This document shows, one piece after another, positions 31,813-41,781 of a stretch of DNA of 63,674 nucleotides. How positions within the stretch are numbered: the stretch's first letter is position 1; every line of letters begins with the position of its first letter. The position numbers and the translations under genes were made by a program. The notes under the pieces are model-generated. The model saw only the letters and a list, made by a program, of their open reading frames with translations, was not told where the DNA came from and did not search any database. Source of the stretch: an uncultured Clostridia bacterium (GTDB lineage Bacteria > Bacillota > Clostridia > TANB77 > CAG-508); contig CALXFI010000003.1 in assembly GCA_944387535.1 (NCBI GenBank), forward strand, positions 1 to 63,674. Reading direction: 5' to 3'.

Positions 31813-32092
31813 TTTTCTACCTCTCTTTTTAAATAATATTCTTGTTAATATTATTATGCTACAATTACTATTATACTCTTTATTACAAATTATTGCAATA
31901 TTTTCCTATAAATTTTATTGATTTTTTTGTTTCTTTCCCCTATTTCCGTTAGTTTTTCCCGGTTTTTTTACAATTCTTAATTTTTTATTAAGTATATTCT
32001 ATATTATTTATAATAATTAATATTTTATTAATTTTTACCGATTTATTGCACTATTCTACTTCTATATGATATAATTAATATTAGAGGATAAT

Positions 32093-32569
32093 ATGGATGA
32101 AGTAAAAGAAATTTTAGATAAATTAAATATAAAATATGATATTATATATCATCCAGCTGTATATACATCAGAAGAAGCTGACCTTTATGTTAAAGATATA
32201 AAATGTAGCAAAGCCAAGAATTTATTTTTAGCTGGAAAAAATGATAAAAATTTTTATTTGTTTATTTTAAAAGATACTAAAAGGTTAGATATCAAAAAAG
32301 TAAGTAATATTATTGGAGATAGACTACATTTTGCAAGTGAGAAATATTTAAAAGAAAAAATGAATTTAACTCCTGGTAAGGTTTCTATATTTGGATTAAT
32401 AAACAACAAGGAGCATGATATAAGAACTTATATTGACAAAGAACTTTTAAATGAGGAACTTATTGTATTCCATCCAAATGATAATACTGCTACAATGTTA
32501 ATTAATATTAATGATGTTTTTAAATTTTTACAAGAAATGAACTTTAATCATGAAATTATAAATTTATAA
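32093..32569 (+). CDS. YbaK/ProX-type aminoacyl-tRNA editing domain protein
   Basis: 158 aa. 'HPAVYTSEEAD', 'KAKNLFL' and 'KVSIFGL'. Confidence 0.7.
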   Translation: MDEVKEILDKLNIKYDIIYHPAVYTSEEADLYVKDIKCSKAKNLFLAGKNDKNFYLFILKDTKRLDIKKVSNIIGDRLHFASEKYLKEKMNLTPGKVSIFGLINNKEHDIRTYIDKELLNEELIVFHPNDNTATMLININDVFKFLQEMNFNHEIINL

Positions 32570-32586
32570 AAATTAAAGAGGTATTT

Positions 32587-33123
32587 ATGAAAGATTATTT
32601 AAAAGATTTAATGGAAAATGATAAAGAATTTCAAGAAATCATTAATCCATTAATTACAAATGAAACAGTTTTGCAAATGAAAAATTTTAGGCAACACTAT
32701 GAAACAACTTGTTTTGATCATTGTTATACAGCAGCGTATTATTGCTACTTAATTTGTAAAAAGTATAATTTAGATTATAAATCTGCTACCAGAGCTGCAA
32801 TGCTTCACGATCTATTTTTATATGATTGGAGAAAAAGACAAGCAGACAGAAAAGGATTACATGCTTTTACTCATGGTAAAATTGCATGTGAAAACGCTAG
32901 TAAATTATTTGATTTAAATGAAAAGGAAAAAGATATAATTATAAAGCACATGTGGCCAGTTACTGTACAATTTCCAAAATCATTAGAAGGCTTTATCCTA
33001 ACTTTTGTTGATAAATATTGTGCTATGTCAGAAAGCTTTGAAGTTTTAAAATCAAGATTATTTATGAAAAAAGCTTTTCGTTATGCTTATGTATTTTTAA
33101 GTTTAGTTATTATAAAACTTTAA
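32587..33123 (+). CDS. HD-domain phosphohydrolase
   Basis: 'CFDHCYTAAYY' (H) and 'AAMLHDLFLYD' (HD), plus 'IIKHMWP'. C-terminal hydrophobic helix. Confidence 0.7.
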   Translation: MKDYLKDLMENDKEFQEIINPLITNETVLQMKNFRQHYETTCFDHCYTAAYYCYLICKKYNLDYKSATRAAMLHDLFLYDWRKRQADRKGLHAFTHGKIACENASKLFDLNEKEKDIIIKHMWPVTVQFPKSLEGFILTFVDKYCAMSESFEVLKSRLFMKKAFRYAYVFLSLVIIKL

Positions 33124-33228
33124 AATAATTATATTCTTTAAGAGAGGTCATCCTCTCTTTTATTGACTTTTTTTGTTCTAAATGGCATAATTATTTATGT
33201 AAACGTAAAGTGCGTTGAAAGGAAAAAA

Positions 33229-33978
33229 ATGCTTAAGTCCATATTTCGGAAAAGTATTTCAAACTACCCCAAAGGAAAACAAGAAATTATGATGACTGTT
33301 TCTTATCCTGGATTTGTTACAGATCATCTTTCTATTATCTTCTTTGTTCTTATGGTAGTACTTCCTCCAGCTATCTTCTTTGATTTTTTAAATTGCTTTT
33401 TTAAGTTAAACTTTTGGATTACCATTTCGCCATTGCTTATATTTGAAATTGTACTTATGTCAATGTCCTATAAGTTTTTCTTAAAAATTCCAGTAATATC
33501 TAAGTTGCATAACTGGTTGTATTTCAACTTATATACGAAGAAAGGCAATGCAATTACAAAGCAAGACTTTGAAAGGATGAAGAATGAATTTCCTGCACTT
33601 TATAAATACATTGCTTTGCAAAAAGCACCAGGATATTGCTATCCTATTTGCCATATGTTGCTAGATTTTCTAAAAAAAGGAAAAATCACATTTTTAGCAG
33701 TTGAGGACTTTGACTCAACGTGGCATAAAAACACTAATTATCATATGCATGTGCTTTATGTTAATGGCGATTATGCGTTTGACACTGACTCTTGTTTGCA
33801 AATTCCTTATGATGAATACATCTCAATTAATGATGTAAAAATCTATAAAACATTTTCTCTTGAAGATGAGGAAGATTTACCAGATAGGATGCAAAACAAT
33901 AAAGCACATCAAGAATTAGTGTCTTGGTGCAAGGAAAATCAGGTTTTCCTTTGGAATACATGTCCAGTGGTTGAGTAG
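33229..33978 (+). CDS. hypothetical membrane protein
   Basis: The ORF track starts at TTG 33163, which lies inside the upstream terminator hairpin. ATG 33229 has an AAAGGA SD. Two or three TM helices and a Cys/His-containing C-terminal domain. Confidence 0.5.
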   Translation: MLKSIFRKSISNYPKGKQEIMMTVSYPGFVTDHLSIIFFVLMVVLPPAIFFDFLNCFFKLNFWITISPLLIFEIVLMSMSYKFFLKIPVISKLHNWLYFNLYTKKGNAITKQDFERMKNEFPALYKYIALQKAPGYCYPICHMLLDFLKKGKITFLAVEDFDSTWHKNTNYHMHVLYVNGDYAFDTDSCLQIPYDEYISINDVKIYKTFSLEDEEDLPDRMQNNKAHQELVSWCKENQVFLWNTCPVVE

Positions 33979-33988
33979 ACAAGCATTT

Positions 33989-34027
33989 ATCCCCTAGTGA
34001 TTAACTAATCACTAGGGGATTTTTTTA
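33989..34027 (+). terminator. rho-independent terminator (bidirectional position)
   Basis: ATCCCCTAGTGATTA / TAATCACTAGGGGAT perfect stem followed by TTTTTTT. Confidence 0.7.
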
Positions 34028-34375
34028 ATTTTTTTGTTTTGATGTCTCTGCCCATCTAAGCATCTTTATATCTTTATATTTACTTAAAACTTCTTTATAT
34101 TTATCATAATCTTCTTCCCATAATTCATTTGGTACATTGTCAAAAGCTTTAAATATTTTTTCCGCTTCTGATAAATAAATTACCTGTTCTTGTGGTGACA
34201 TATTCTCATATTGCTTTGCAAATCTATATAATTTATCAAGCATTTGGTTTGCTTCAATAAATGACCAAAAATCTTTAACTTTCATTCCAAATAATTTTAT
34301 CTGTAACACAGCATATGCTATTAACGCAAATATAACAAATATTAATATATATATTACTGCAAATATTGCTGTCAT
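34025..34375 (-). CDS. hypothetical small membrane-anchored protein
   Basis: 116-aa ORF with an N-terminal TM helix and a helical C-terminus. Confidence 0.45.
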   Translation of the reverse strand: MTAIFAVIYILIFVIFALIAYAVLQIKLFGMKVKDFWSFIEANQMLDKLYRFAKQYENMSPQEQVIYLSEAEKIFKAFDNVPNELWEEDYDKYKEVLSKYKDIKMLRWAETSKQKN

Positions 34376-34559
34376 CTCTCCACCTCTTTAATTTTTCCTT
34401 TTGTACTGTTTCATTATAACACTTATTATTTTTTTTTGCAAATATAATTTTTTGCTTAATTCTAGATTTTATAATTCTTGTGTGCTATAATAATAATGTT
34501 ATTCTAAATTAAAGAAATAGAAAATAATAATATTAATAAAAAATAGAGGAGAAAATATT

Positions 34560-35430
34560 ATGGAAAATCATGAAGAAAAATTTATTGTAACAAAAAGAGC
34601 TGGAATTTTAGGTATAGCCCGGAAATATATTTTTATTAATTATAAAAGCAACAGTTGGTTTTTTATGCAGAAGTCAAGCTATGATTGCTGATAGTTTTAA
34701 CAGTGCTGGAGATATATTTGCTTCTCTTATGACTTTTATTGGAAACCGTATTGCAAGTGTTCCAAATGATGAAGACCATAATTTAGGACATGGAAAAGCT
34801 GAATATATTTTCTCTATGTTTATAGGTATTGCAATGATATTAGTTGCTGCAAAATTACTTTTTGACTCAGTTTCAAGTTTAATTGTAGGTGAAAAGCTTG
34901 AATTTTCTTGGTTCTTAGTTCTTGTTTGTATTGTAACAATTATTACTAAACTTGCTTTATACTTATATACTTCAAAAGCAAATAAGAAACATCCAAGCAT
35001 TTTACTAGAATCAAATATGAAAGACCATAGAAATGACTGTGTTGTAACTACTTTTACTCTTATTTCTGTTATTTTAAGTATATTTGGAATATACTGGTTT
35101 GACGGTGTCGTAGGTATTGGTATTTCTCTATGGATTTGTTATACAGGAATTACAATTTTTATTGAAAGTTACAATGTTTTAATGGATATTAGTATAGATA
35201 CTAAAACTAAAGATTTAATTTTAGAAATAGCACATAGTTATAAGGAAATCCAAGATGTAAAAGACATTGTTTCAACACCTGTTGGTGATAGGTATTTAGT
35301 TTTTATAACCATTGGTTTGGATGGTAACATGTCCACTTTTGAAAGTCATTCTTTAGCAGATGATTTAGAAAAATCTGTTACTAAATTAGATAATATATAT
35401 AAAACAGTGGTACACGTTGAGCCACAATAA
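34560..35430 (+). pseudogene. cation diffusion facilitator (CDF) transporter, frame interrupted by one extra nucleotide near codon 21
   Basis: ATG 34560 with a GAGGAG SD gives 'MENHEEKFIVTKRAGILGIA'. The +1 frame from 34621 continues 'GNIFLLIIKATVGFLCRSQAMIADSFNSAGD...HNLGHGKAEY', the canonical CDF TM1-TM2 region. Stops occur in both frames around 34615-34680. Confidence 0.8.
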
Positions 35431-35458
35431 AAGGAGCAAATTGCTCCTTTTATTTTTT
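35431..35458 (+). terminator. rho-independent terminator
   Basis: AAGGAGCAA-A-TTGCTCCTT followed by TTATTTTTT. Confidence 0.65.
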
Positions 35459-36739
35459 CTATTCTCCCCTTTGATTTTGTATTCTCGGATCCTCAAAATC
35501 TTCATCTAATTCTTCTACAATTTCTTGTGGTTCTTTTTCTAAATCTTCCATTTGCTTTTCAAGATATTTTTCTCTTGCATATTCACCATCTGGTTTTCCA
35601 TCATCTTTATAAAATCCCCATCTAGTTGCAAGTTCATCAAATGTTAATTCTGTTCCGTCTTCTAGATAAACTTTATCTTCTACATGTACATGTGATTTTG
35701 TATTTGGATCTCCATCTACATCTCTTTCATCCATTTTGTCATTTTCAGGGTCTGGGTGTTTTTTTGCTTCTTCTATATTCATTTCAACTGTATCTTCACC
35801 ATTTGCTTCATATTCTCCAATTACACTTCTTGTACTTGTATCTGTTGCAAATGTCGTATTCTCTGCTCTTAATTGTACGCCCATTACCTCTGTAGAATCT
35901 CTTGCTTCTTCTCCTATATTTATCTCAATTCTTCCCATTTCTCTATTATCAATTTGTATAATCTTATTTCCAAATTGGTATTCACTTAAAACTGCATCTT
36001 TTTCTACTCTTCCTTCAGTATCCACTTGGTAACTTTCTTTTGTTGGGTCATTTCCTACGCTACCCCTTTGTTCTAAATCTGGTATATATTTAGATAAAGG
36101 TCTTACTTTTCCATCTTTTCCTATTGCAACAAGTGAATATCTAGTAGACCCTTTATCATAATTTTCTCCTTTTGCATTTTTCAAGTCACTCATCTGATAT
36201 GATTCAATAACACCAATTCTATCAATATCTTGTGGAAGCCCCATCCATTTTCTTACATCATGCATATCATTTGCTCTTTCATCCAACTCTACAGATTGTT
36301 TTACATTTACATCCTCTATAGTTGAAGTTTTATCTTCATCTTCCTTATCTTCTTTTTCTCCTTTATTATTATCTTCTTCTATTTTCCCTTCTATTTCTTC
36401 TTTTTCTTCTTCATTAGTGCTTTCATCTAAATCTACTAAAGTTACTCCTTTAGCAACTTCATCTCTTTTACCAAATTCTTTCATATAGGTATCAATTTCT
36501 CTTGATAATTTTCCTTCTTGTTCTACTTCTTCTCTTGGCAATCTATCTATTGCGTCTTTTATCTGATTTGATAATTCATTACCTAAAGTATTTTGTAACA
36601 TTAAAATATTGTCTTCCATAACATCTGTATCTAATACGCCTATTTTGGTATCTCCTATATAATACTCATATAAATCATCTCTTCCAGTTTTCTTTACAAC
36701 TGTTACTGCAATATCTTTACCATTTAAATTAATTAACAT
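35459..36739 (-). CDS. hypothetical acidic protein
   Basis: 426-aa ORF, very D/E-rich, with no recognisable motif and no obvious SD. The start abuts the IS right end. Confidence 0.45.
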   Translation of the reverse strand: MLINLNGKDIAVTVVKKTGRDDLYEYYIGDTKIGVLDTDVMEDNILMLQNTLGNELSNQIKDAIDRLPREEVEQEGKLSREIDTYMKEFGKRDEVAKGVTLVDLDESTNEEEKEEIEGKIEEDNNKGEKEDKEDEDKTSTIEDVNVKQSVELDERANDMHDVRKWMGLPQDIDRIGVIESYQMSDLKNAKGENYDKGSTRYSLVAIGKDGKVRPLSKYIPDLEQRGSVGNDPTKESYQVDTEGRVEKDAVLSEYQFGNKIIQIDNREMGRIEINIGEEARDSTEVMGVQLRAENTTFATDTSTRSVIGEYEANGEDTVEMNIEEAKKHPDPENDKMDERDVDGDPNTKSHVHVEDKVYLEDGTELTFDELATRWGFYKDDGKPDGEYAREKYLEKQMEDLEKEPQEIVEELDEDFEDPRIQNQRGE

Positions 36740-36744
36740 ATAAT

Positions 36745-36960
36745 CATCTGCTACTCAAAATATGGGCAAATATACCCATATCGAAATTTTGAAAGTTTTC
36801 ACAAACATTTCTTACTGCTTCATTGTGTATGCTTTTGTGGTTAAAACTAACTCACTACTCACAAGTTCTTGTACACTCCACAGTCGTAAATTCCCGACTA
36901 GCCATCGGTACATACTTACAATCGCTTGTTTATGCTATTTTGTAAGTTCTTGCATCTCTT
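36745..36960 (-). ncRNA. putative TnpB omegaRNA (reRNA) region at the IS right end
   Basis: A 185-nt non-coding tail follows and overlaps the tnpB 3' end. Its GC content is locally elevated and it has hairpins such as ATGGG-N7-CCCAT near 36762-36779. Established TnpB biology places the guide RNA scaffold here. Confidence 0.55.
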
Positions 36961-38105
36961 AAATTAAGACTTGCATTAAAATCTCTATCTTCTATATATC
37001 CACAGTCACACTTATAAATTCTATCTGATAATTTTAAGTCATTTTTAATAAAACCACAATGATGACATATTTTACTAGATGGATACCATCTATCTACAAT
37101 TCTTAATTCAATTTCATATTCTTTGCATTTTGCTTCTAATTTTCTTTTAAATTCATAGAACTTTTGTGAAGCAATTGCTTTTGAAAGATGCCTATTCCTC
37201 ATCATTCCTTTTACATTTAAATCTTCTATTGTTATATAAGATGGCTTGGTTTTCACTATCTCATTTATACTTTTGTTAATGTAATCGCATCTAACGTTTT
37301 CTATTCTTTGATGAAGTCTTTGTACCTTTATGACTTGTTTTTGTATATTTTGTCTAGTAGCTTCTCCTTTCTTTTTATTTTCTTTGCTACGTTTTTTTAA
37401 GTCTTCGTATTTCCTCGATAGACAACGCTGCTCTTTCTTTAATTTTTTTTCAAGTTTTCTTATTCTTGCTGACTTGTTAATATTCTTTTTTACAGTCCCA
37501 TCACTCATAATTGCAAAATCTTTTAGTCCTAAATCAATACCTAAGCCAAAATCATTTAATTTAGTCTTTTCTGATTTAGGAACATCAATTAGAACAGATA
37601 CATAATATCTTCCTGCTTTACAAGAAACTGTACCTCTTTTAATTACATACCCTTGTTTTGTCGTTGGAATATACCCTTTTTCTTTTAACTTCACCCAACC
37701 AAGTGTAGGAATCTTAATTCTATGTCTTTCACAAAAACAGTCTTTTTGATTGTTTTTTACAAAATACATTTTTACATCTGATTTATTCTTTTTCTTAAAC
37801 TTTGGAAAACCACTTTGTTTTTTAAAAAATTTCACAAAGGCTGTATAAGCATTTTCCATAGATTTCTTAACAGACTTTGAACTTGCTTTCTTTATCCAAA
37901 GATATTCTGGGTTATTTGGTATAAATTCATTGTTAAGCCAAACACTAAAAGTTCTGGCTGTCATAAATTTTTCGCCTTTATCATAAATTTCTTTGTTGTG
38001 TGCAAGGTAAAAATTGTAAATAAATCTACAAGTTCCAATTGTTTGCTTAATTTTTACTATCTGTTCTGGCGTTGGGTCGATTTCCGTTTTATAGCTCTTT
38101 AGCAA
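36930..38105 (-). CDS. tnpB: TnpB (OrfB) RNA-guided endonuclease, IS200/IS605-IS607 superfamily
   Basis: 'MLKSYKTEIDPTPEQ', 'GIDLGLKDFA' (RuvC-I D), 'ITIEDLNVKGM' (E), Zn finger 'CHHCG...CDCG' and 'DRDFNASLNL' (RuvC-III D). Confidence 0.9.
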   Translation of the reverse strand: MLKSYKTEIDPTPEQIVKIKQTIGTCRFIYNFYLAHNKEIYDKGEKFMTARTFSVWLNNEFIPNNPEYLWIKKASSKSVKKSMENAYTAFVKFFKKQSGFPKFKKKNKSDVKMYFVKNNQKDCFCERHRIKIPTLGWVKLKEKGYIPTTKQGYVIKRGTVSCKAGRYYVSVLIDVPKSEKTKLNDFGLGIDLGLKDFAIMSDGTVKKNINKSARIRKLEKKLKKEQRCLSRKYEDLKKRSKENKKKGEATRQNIQKQVIKVQRLHQRIENVRCDYINKSINEIVKTKPSYITIEDLNVKGMMRNRHLSKAIASQKFYEFKRKLEAKCKEYEIELRIVDRWYPSSKICHHCGFIKNDLKLSDRIYKCDCGYIEDRDFNASLNLRDARTYKIA

Positions 38106-38209
38106 TTTCTTTGTCCTCCTTTATCTGTTTTTTGTATTTCCTTAATCCATATAATTACAACTAAAAACATGTAAAATTGATGTAATATCTTGAACTAATT
38201 CTTCATTTA

Positions 38210-38392
38210 TCAGCTTCTGTTTGTATACATATTAATTTTAAGTATAATACCTTTATTAGTAGGAGTACGATTTGCTCTTAATATATCATCTTTATCCCAA
38301 CGTTGTAGTGTTTTAACGGGAACTCCCAATAATTCAGCAAAATCTTTTGGTTTATAATTTTTGATATTTGTAGTATTAATAAATAATCTTCC
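38210..38392 (-). pseudogene. remnant of IS607-type serine-recombinase tnpA (MerR-like HTH only)
   Basis: The minus-strand frame reads 'IKNYKPKDFAELLGVPVKTLQRWDKDDILRANRTPTN', then diverges and stops. There is no ATG, it spans 60 codons between stops, and the catalytic domain is absent. Confidence 0.6.
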
Positions 38393-38461
38393 TTATTTAT
38401 GAGCACATTATATCATGTATAAACATATTTATCTATATTTTCATCAACTTATTGTTTCCTC

Positions 38462-39829
38462 CTAAATGACCTCACCTATTAAATCATAACTATTTACGTC
38501 TATAATTTTACAATTTACAAATTTATTAATCAAATCTTTTTCTTTTAAATTATTAGCATTTTTCATATATACTAATCCATCTATATCTGGAACATTTTCA
38601 ATTGTTCTTCCTATATAATATCTACCATCAAAAGAGATATTTTCTATTAATACCTCATAGTTTTTTCCTATTTTCTTTTCTAGATTTTCTTTTGATATTT
38701 CTTGTTGTGCTTTCATTATTTTATTATATCTTGAAATTTTAGTATTTCCATGTATTTGCTTCTCCATTCTTGAAGCTGGCGTTCCATCTTCTTTAGAATA
38801 TTTAAATACACCTAATTTATCAAATTTAGCTGTTTTTACAAATTCTAGTAATTCACTAAATTCTTCTTTTGTCTCCCCTGGAAAACCTACCATTAAGCTT
38901 GTCCTTAATGTTACATTTGGTATTTTATTTCTTATTTTAGAAATAAGTTCTATTATTTGTTTTTTGCTCGTTTTTCTATTCATTCTTTTTAATACTGTAT
39001 CTGATATATGTTGAATTGGTATATCAAAGTATTTGGCAATTTTAGGATTGTTTGCAACTAGTTCTATTAATTCATCTGTAATTCCTTCTGGATAAGAATA
39101 TAAAAATCTAATCCATTTAATACCATCTATTTTGCTTATTTCTTCTAACAAGCTTGCTAAACAATTTTTTCCATATATGTCAAGGCCATATTTAGTAGTA
39201 TCTTGTGCTATTATAATTAGTTCTTGTATTCCTTTTTTAGCTAATACTCTTGCTTCCTCTAGTATATCTTCTTTTTTTCTACTAACAAAAGGACCTCTTA
39301 TATATGGGATTGCACAATATGTACATCTATTACTGCATCCTTCACCTATTTTTAAATAAGCATAATTACTTCCTGTAGTTACTATTCTATCTAAGTATTC
39401 TTCTTGTGAAAACATAGGCATTGGTGGAATTTCAGATATTTTAGTTATTTTCTTTGTTTTAGATTTTTCTACAATGTCTCTTTTTACTAAATCATCTATT
39501 TTATCCCATAAAATATCATATTCATCAAGTTTTATCCATAAATCTACTTCAGGAAGTAGTTTTACTAATTCATCGCCATACCTTTGAACTAAGCATCCCA
39601 TTACAATTAAATACTTACATCTTTTTTGTTTATACTCTGCCATCTCTAAAATTGTATTTATTGCTTCCTCTTTTGCAGAATCAATAAATCCACAGGTATT
39701 AATAACTAATATATCTGCCTTAGTTTCATCATTTACTATATTAAATTTATGTTCTTTAAATTTTCCAATTGTTATTTCTGTATCTATTAAATTTTTACTA
39801 CATCCTAGTGATATAAAACCTACGTTCAT
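38462..39829 (-). CDS. rimO: ribosomal protein S12 methylthiotransferase
   Basis: 'ISLGCSKNLIDTE', 'INTCGFI', the radical-SAM motif 'CSNRCTYCAIP' and a C-terminal TRAM domain. Confidence 0.85.
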   Translation of the reverse strand: MNVGFISLGCSKNLIDTEITIGKFKEHKFNIVNDETKADILVINTCGFIDSAKEEAINTILEMAEYKQKRCKYLIVMGCLVQRYGDELVKLLPEVDLWIKLDEYDILWDKIDDLVKRDIVEKSKTKKITKISEIPPMPMFSQEEYLDRIVTTGSNYAYLKIGEGCSNRCTYCAIPYIRGPFVSRKKEDILEEARVLAKKGIQELIIIAQDTTKYGLDIYGKNCLASLLEEISKIDGIKWIRFLYSYPEGITDELIELVANNPKIAKYFDIPIQHISDTVLKRMNRKTSKKQIIELISKIRNKIPNVTLRTSLMVGFPGETKEEFSELLEFVKTAKFDKLGVFKYSKEDGTPASRMEKQIHGNTKISRYNKIMKAQQEISKENLEKKIGKNYEVLIENISFDGRYYIGRTIENVPDIDGLVYMKNANNLKEKDLINKFVNCKIIDVNSYDLIGEVI

Positions 39830-39844
39830 TTTTTACTCCTTTTT

Positions 39845-39870
39845 GAGACAAAAAAGACCCGTCCCCAAAA
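39845..39870. repeat. dispersed repeat, copy B (variant)
   Basis: GAGACAAAAAAGACCCGTCCCCAAAA, between rng and rimO. Confidence 0.45.
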
Positions 39871-39873
39871 TTC

Positions 39874-41058
39874 TTATTCTTTATGACTACATATATGTTT
39901 TCTTGTCATTTCCATTAAATCTAATTTTGTAAATCCTTCTACTTGTGTTTTTGTTCTATCTTTCTTTAGTTCTTCTTTTAGTAATTTTACTATTTTTTCT
40001 TTATCTTCTTCATTTTCCATATCAATGTAATCTATAATAATTATTCCACCTGTATCTCTTAACCTTATTTGTTTTGCTATCTCTACAGTTGCTTCTCTAT
40101 TTACTTTAAATATTGTTTGTTCTAAATTTTTATTTCCTGTGTATTTTCCTGTATTTACATCTATCGCTGTTAATGCCTCTGTTTTATCTATAGTAATAAA
40201 TCCTCCACATTTAAGCCATACTTTTCTATTTTTTGATTTTTCTATTTGTTTTCCTATATCATATGTATCAAAGATATTTTCTTCTTCTCTTAATTCTACT
40301 TTTATATTTTTATATTCTGGATTTTCTTCTAATTTTTTTTCAATTTCTTCTTTTTCTTTTTTATCATTTACAACAATTCTAGTAATATTGTTTTCTATTA
40401 AATCTATTAGTATCTTTTCTAAAATATCCTCACTTTTATATAGAAGTTTTGGTTTATTATTGTTTGGATTTATGTTTGTCCCTATTATTTTATTCCATTT
40501 AGCTTCTATTCTTTTTATATCTTCTATTATTTCTTTTTCTTTTCCCTCTGCTGATGTTCTAATAATTGCTCCATTATTTTCACTTAAATTTTCTCTTACT
40601 AATTTTATTAGTCTTTCTTGTTCTTTTTTATCTTCTATTTTTTGTGATACAGTTACTATATTAGTATTTGGCATTAGAACAATATATTTACTAGGTAAGT
40701 TTATATGTGTAGATACTTTTGCACCTTTCTTTTCATTACTATCTTTTTTTACTTGAACTAATATCTTTTGATTAGGTTTTATTACATCTCTTATTTTAAT
40801 ACTTGTGTCTATTTTTTCTTTAGTCTCATCAACTTTAGGCATCACATCTTTTAAATGTATAAAACTATTTTTTTCTGTTCCTATATTTACAAACGCTGCT
40901 TGCATTCCTTCTACTATATCTTTTATTATTCCTATATAAATATTCCCTTCTTTTCTTGTTTCACTATTATCTTCTTCATAATATTCAACTAATATTCCAT
41001 TTTCTACTAAAGCTATTTCTTTTTTATCATTATTTTTTTGTACAAATATTTCTGTCAT
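39874..41058 (-). CDS. rng: Rne/Rng family ribonuclease (short RNase G-like)
   Basis: S1 domain 'GNIYIGIIKDIVEGMQAAFVNIG', 'LTAIDVNTGKY' and 'GGIIIIDYIDM'. Confidence 0.8.
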   Translation of the reverse strand: MTEIFVQKNNDKKEIALVENGILVEYYEEDNSETRKEGNIYIGIIKDIVEGMQAAFVNIGTEKNSFIHLKDVMPKVDETKEKIDTSIKIRDVIKPNQKILVQVKKDSNEKKGAKVSTHINLPSKYIVLMPNTNIVTVSQKIEDKKEQERLIKLVRENLSENNGAIIRTSAEGKEKEIIEDIKRIEAKWNKIIGTNINPNNNKPKLLYKSEDILEKILIDLIENNITRIVVNDKKEKEEIEKKLEENPEYKNIKVELREEENIFDTYDIGKQIEKSKNRKVWLKCGGFITIDKTEALTAIDVNTGKYTGNKNLEQTIFKVNREATVEIAKQIRLRDTGGIIIIDYIDMENEEDKEKIVKLLKEELKKDRTKTQVEGFTKLDLMEMTRKHICSHKE

Positions 41059-41072
41059 CTCAACCTTCCTTA

Positions 41073-41624
41073 CTAATTAAATTTATTCATTGCATTATCT
41101 ATACCAGATTTTATTATTTCAACAACTGCTTCTTTTGCAGTAGTTGTTGATTTATCTAGTATTTCTTTTTCTTCTTCTGGAATTGGTCCAATTACATGTC
41201 TTATAAAATCTCCATCTTCTGGTTTTCCAATTCCTACTCTTATTCTTGGGAATTCTGTTCCTAAATAATGAACTACTGATTTCATTCCATTATGTGATCC
41301 AGAATTTCCTTTTTTTCTTATTTTAATAGTTCCTAATTCTATATCCATATCATCATAGATTACTATTATATCACAATTTTCTATTTTATAAAAATCTACA
41401 GCTTCTTTTATACTTTCTCCACTCAAGTTCATAAATGTTTGTGGCTTTAAAAGTATTACTTTTTCCCCTTCTATTGTCCCTAAACCGCACAAACCTTTAA
41501 ACTTTTTCTTGGTTACTTCTATATTATATTCTGAAGCTATTTTATTAACTGTATCAAATCCCATATTATGCCTTGTATTACTATAATCTTCCTCAGGATT
41601 TCCAAGTCCTACTATTAAATACAT
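41073..41624 (-). CDS. pth: peptidyl-tRNA hydrolase
   Basis: 'LIVGLGNPEEDYSNTRHNMGF' and 'GSHNGMKS'. Confidence 0.93.
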   Translation of the reverse strand: MYLIVGLGNPEEDYSNTRHNMGFDTVNKIASEYNIEVTKKKFKGLCGLGTIEGEKVILLKPQTFMNLSGESIKEAVDFYKIENCDIIVIYDDMDIELGTIKIRKKGNSGSHNGMKSVVHYLGTEFPRIRVGIGKPEDGDFIRHVIGPIPEEEKEILDKSTTTAKEAVVEIIKSGIDNAMNKFN

Positions 41625-41661
41625 TTTCCTTCTCCTAAATATATTTTATTATTACTTATCT

Positions 41662-41690
41662 ATTTTACCTTGTTTTTAAGATTTTTTCAA
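41662..41690 (-). promoter_or_regulatory. putative sigmaA promoter of pth
   Basis: Minus strand reads TTGAAA, a 17-nt spacer, then TAAAAT. Confidence 0.45.
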
Positions 41691-41730
41691 GTATTTTAAA
41701 TGCTGTTTATCTTATTTTTCTTGTTTTTTC

Positions 41731-41760
41731 CCTGTTTTTTGGGACGGGGTCAAAAAACCG
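41731..41760. repeat. dispersed palindromic repeat, copy C (inverted)
   Basis: CCTGTTTTTTGGGACGGGGTCAAAAAACCG. Confidence 0.6.
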
Positions 41761-41781
41761 CTCTGTAATTTACTTCCTCTC

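Larger units (their letters stand above)
36745..38455 (-). mobile_element. IS607-family-like insertion sequence (decayed tnpA + intact tnpB); boundaries approximate
   Basis: A tnpA HTH stub, tnpB and an omegaRNA tail lie between the rimO stop (38462) and the next gene start (36739). Confidence 0.6.

Noticed and set aside
34674-35000. 108-aa minus-strand ORF overlapping the CDF gene
   Set aside because: It is antisense to the conserved CDF TM region and has no motif or SD.
36762-36962. 66-aa plus-strand ORF between the acidic ORF and tnpB
   Set aside because: It lies antisense within the expected omegaRNA tail of tnpB and has no SD or motif.
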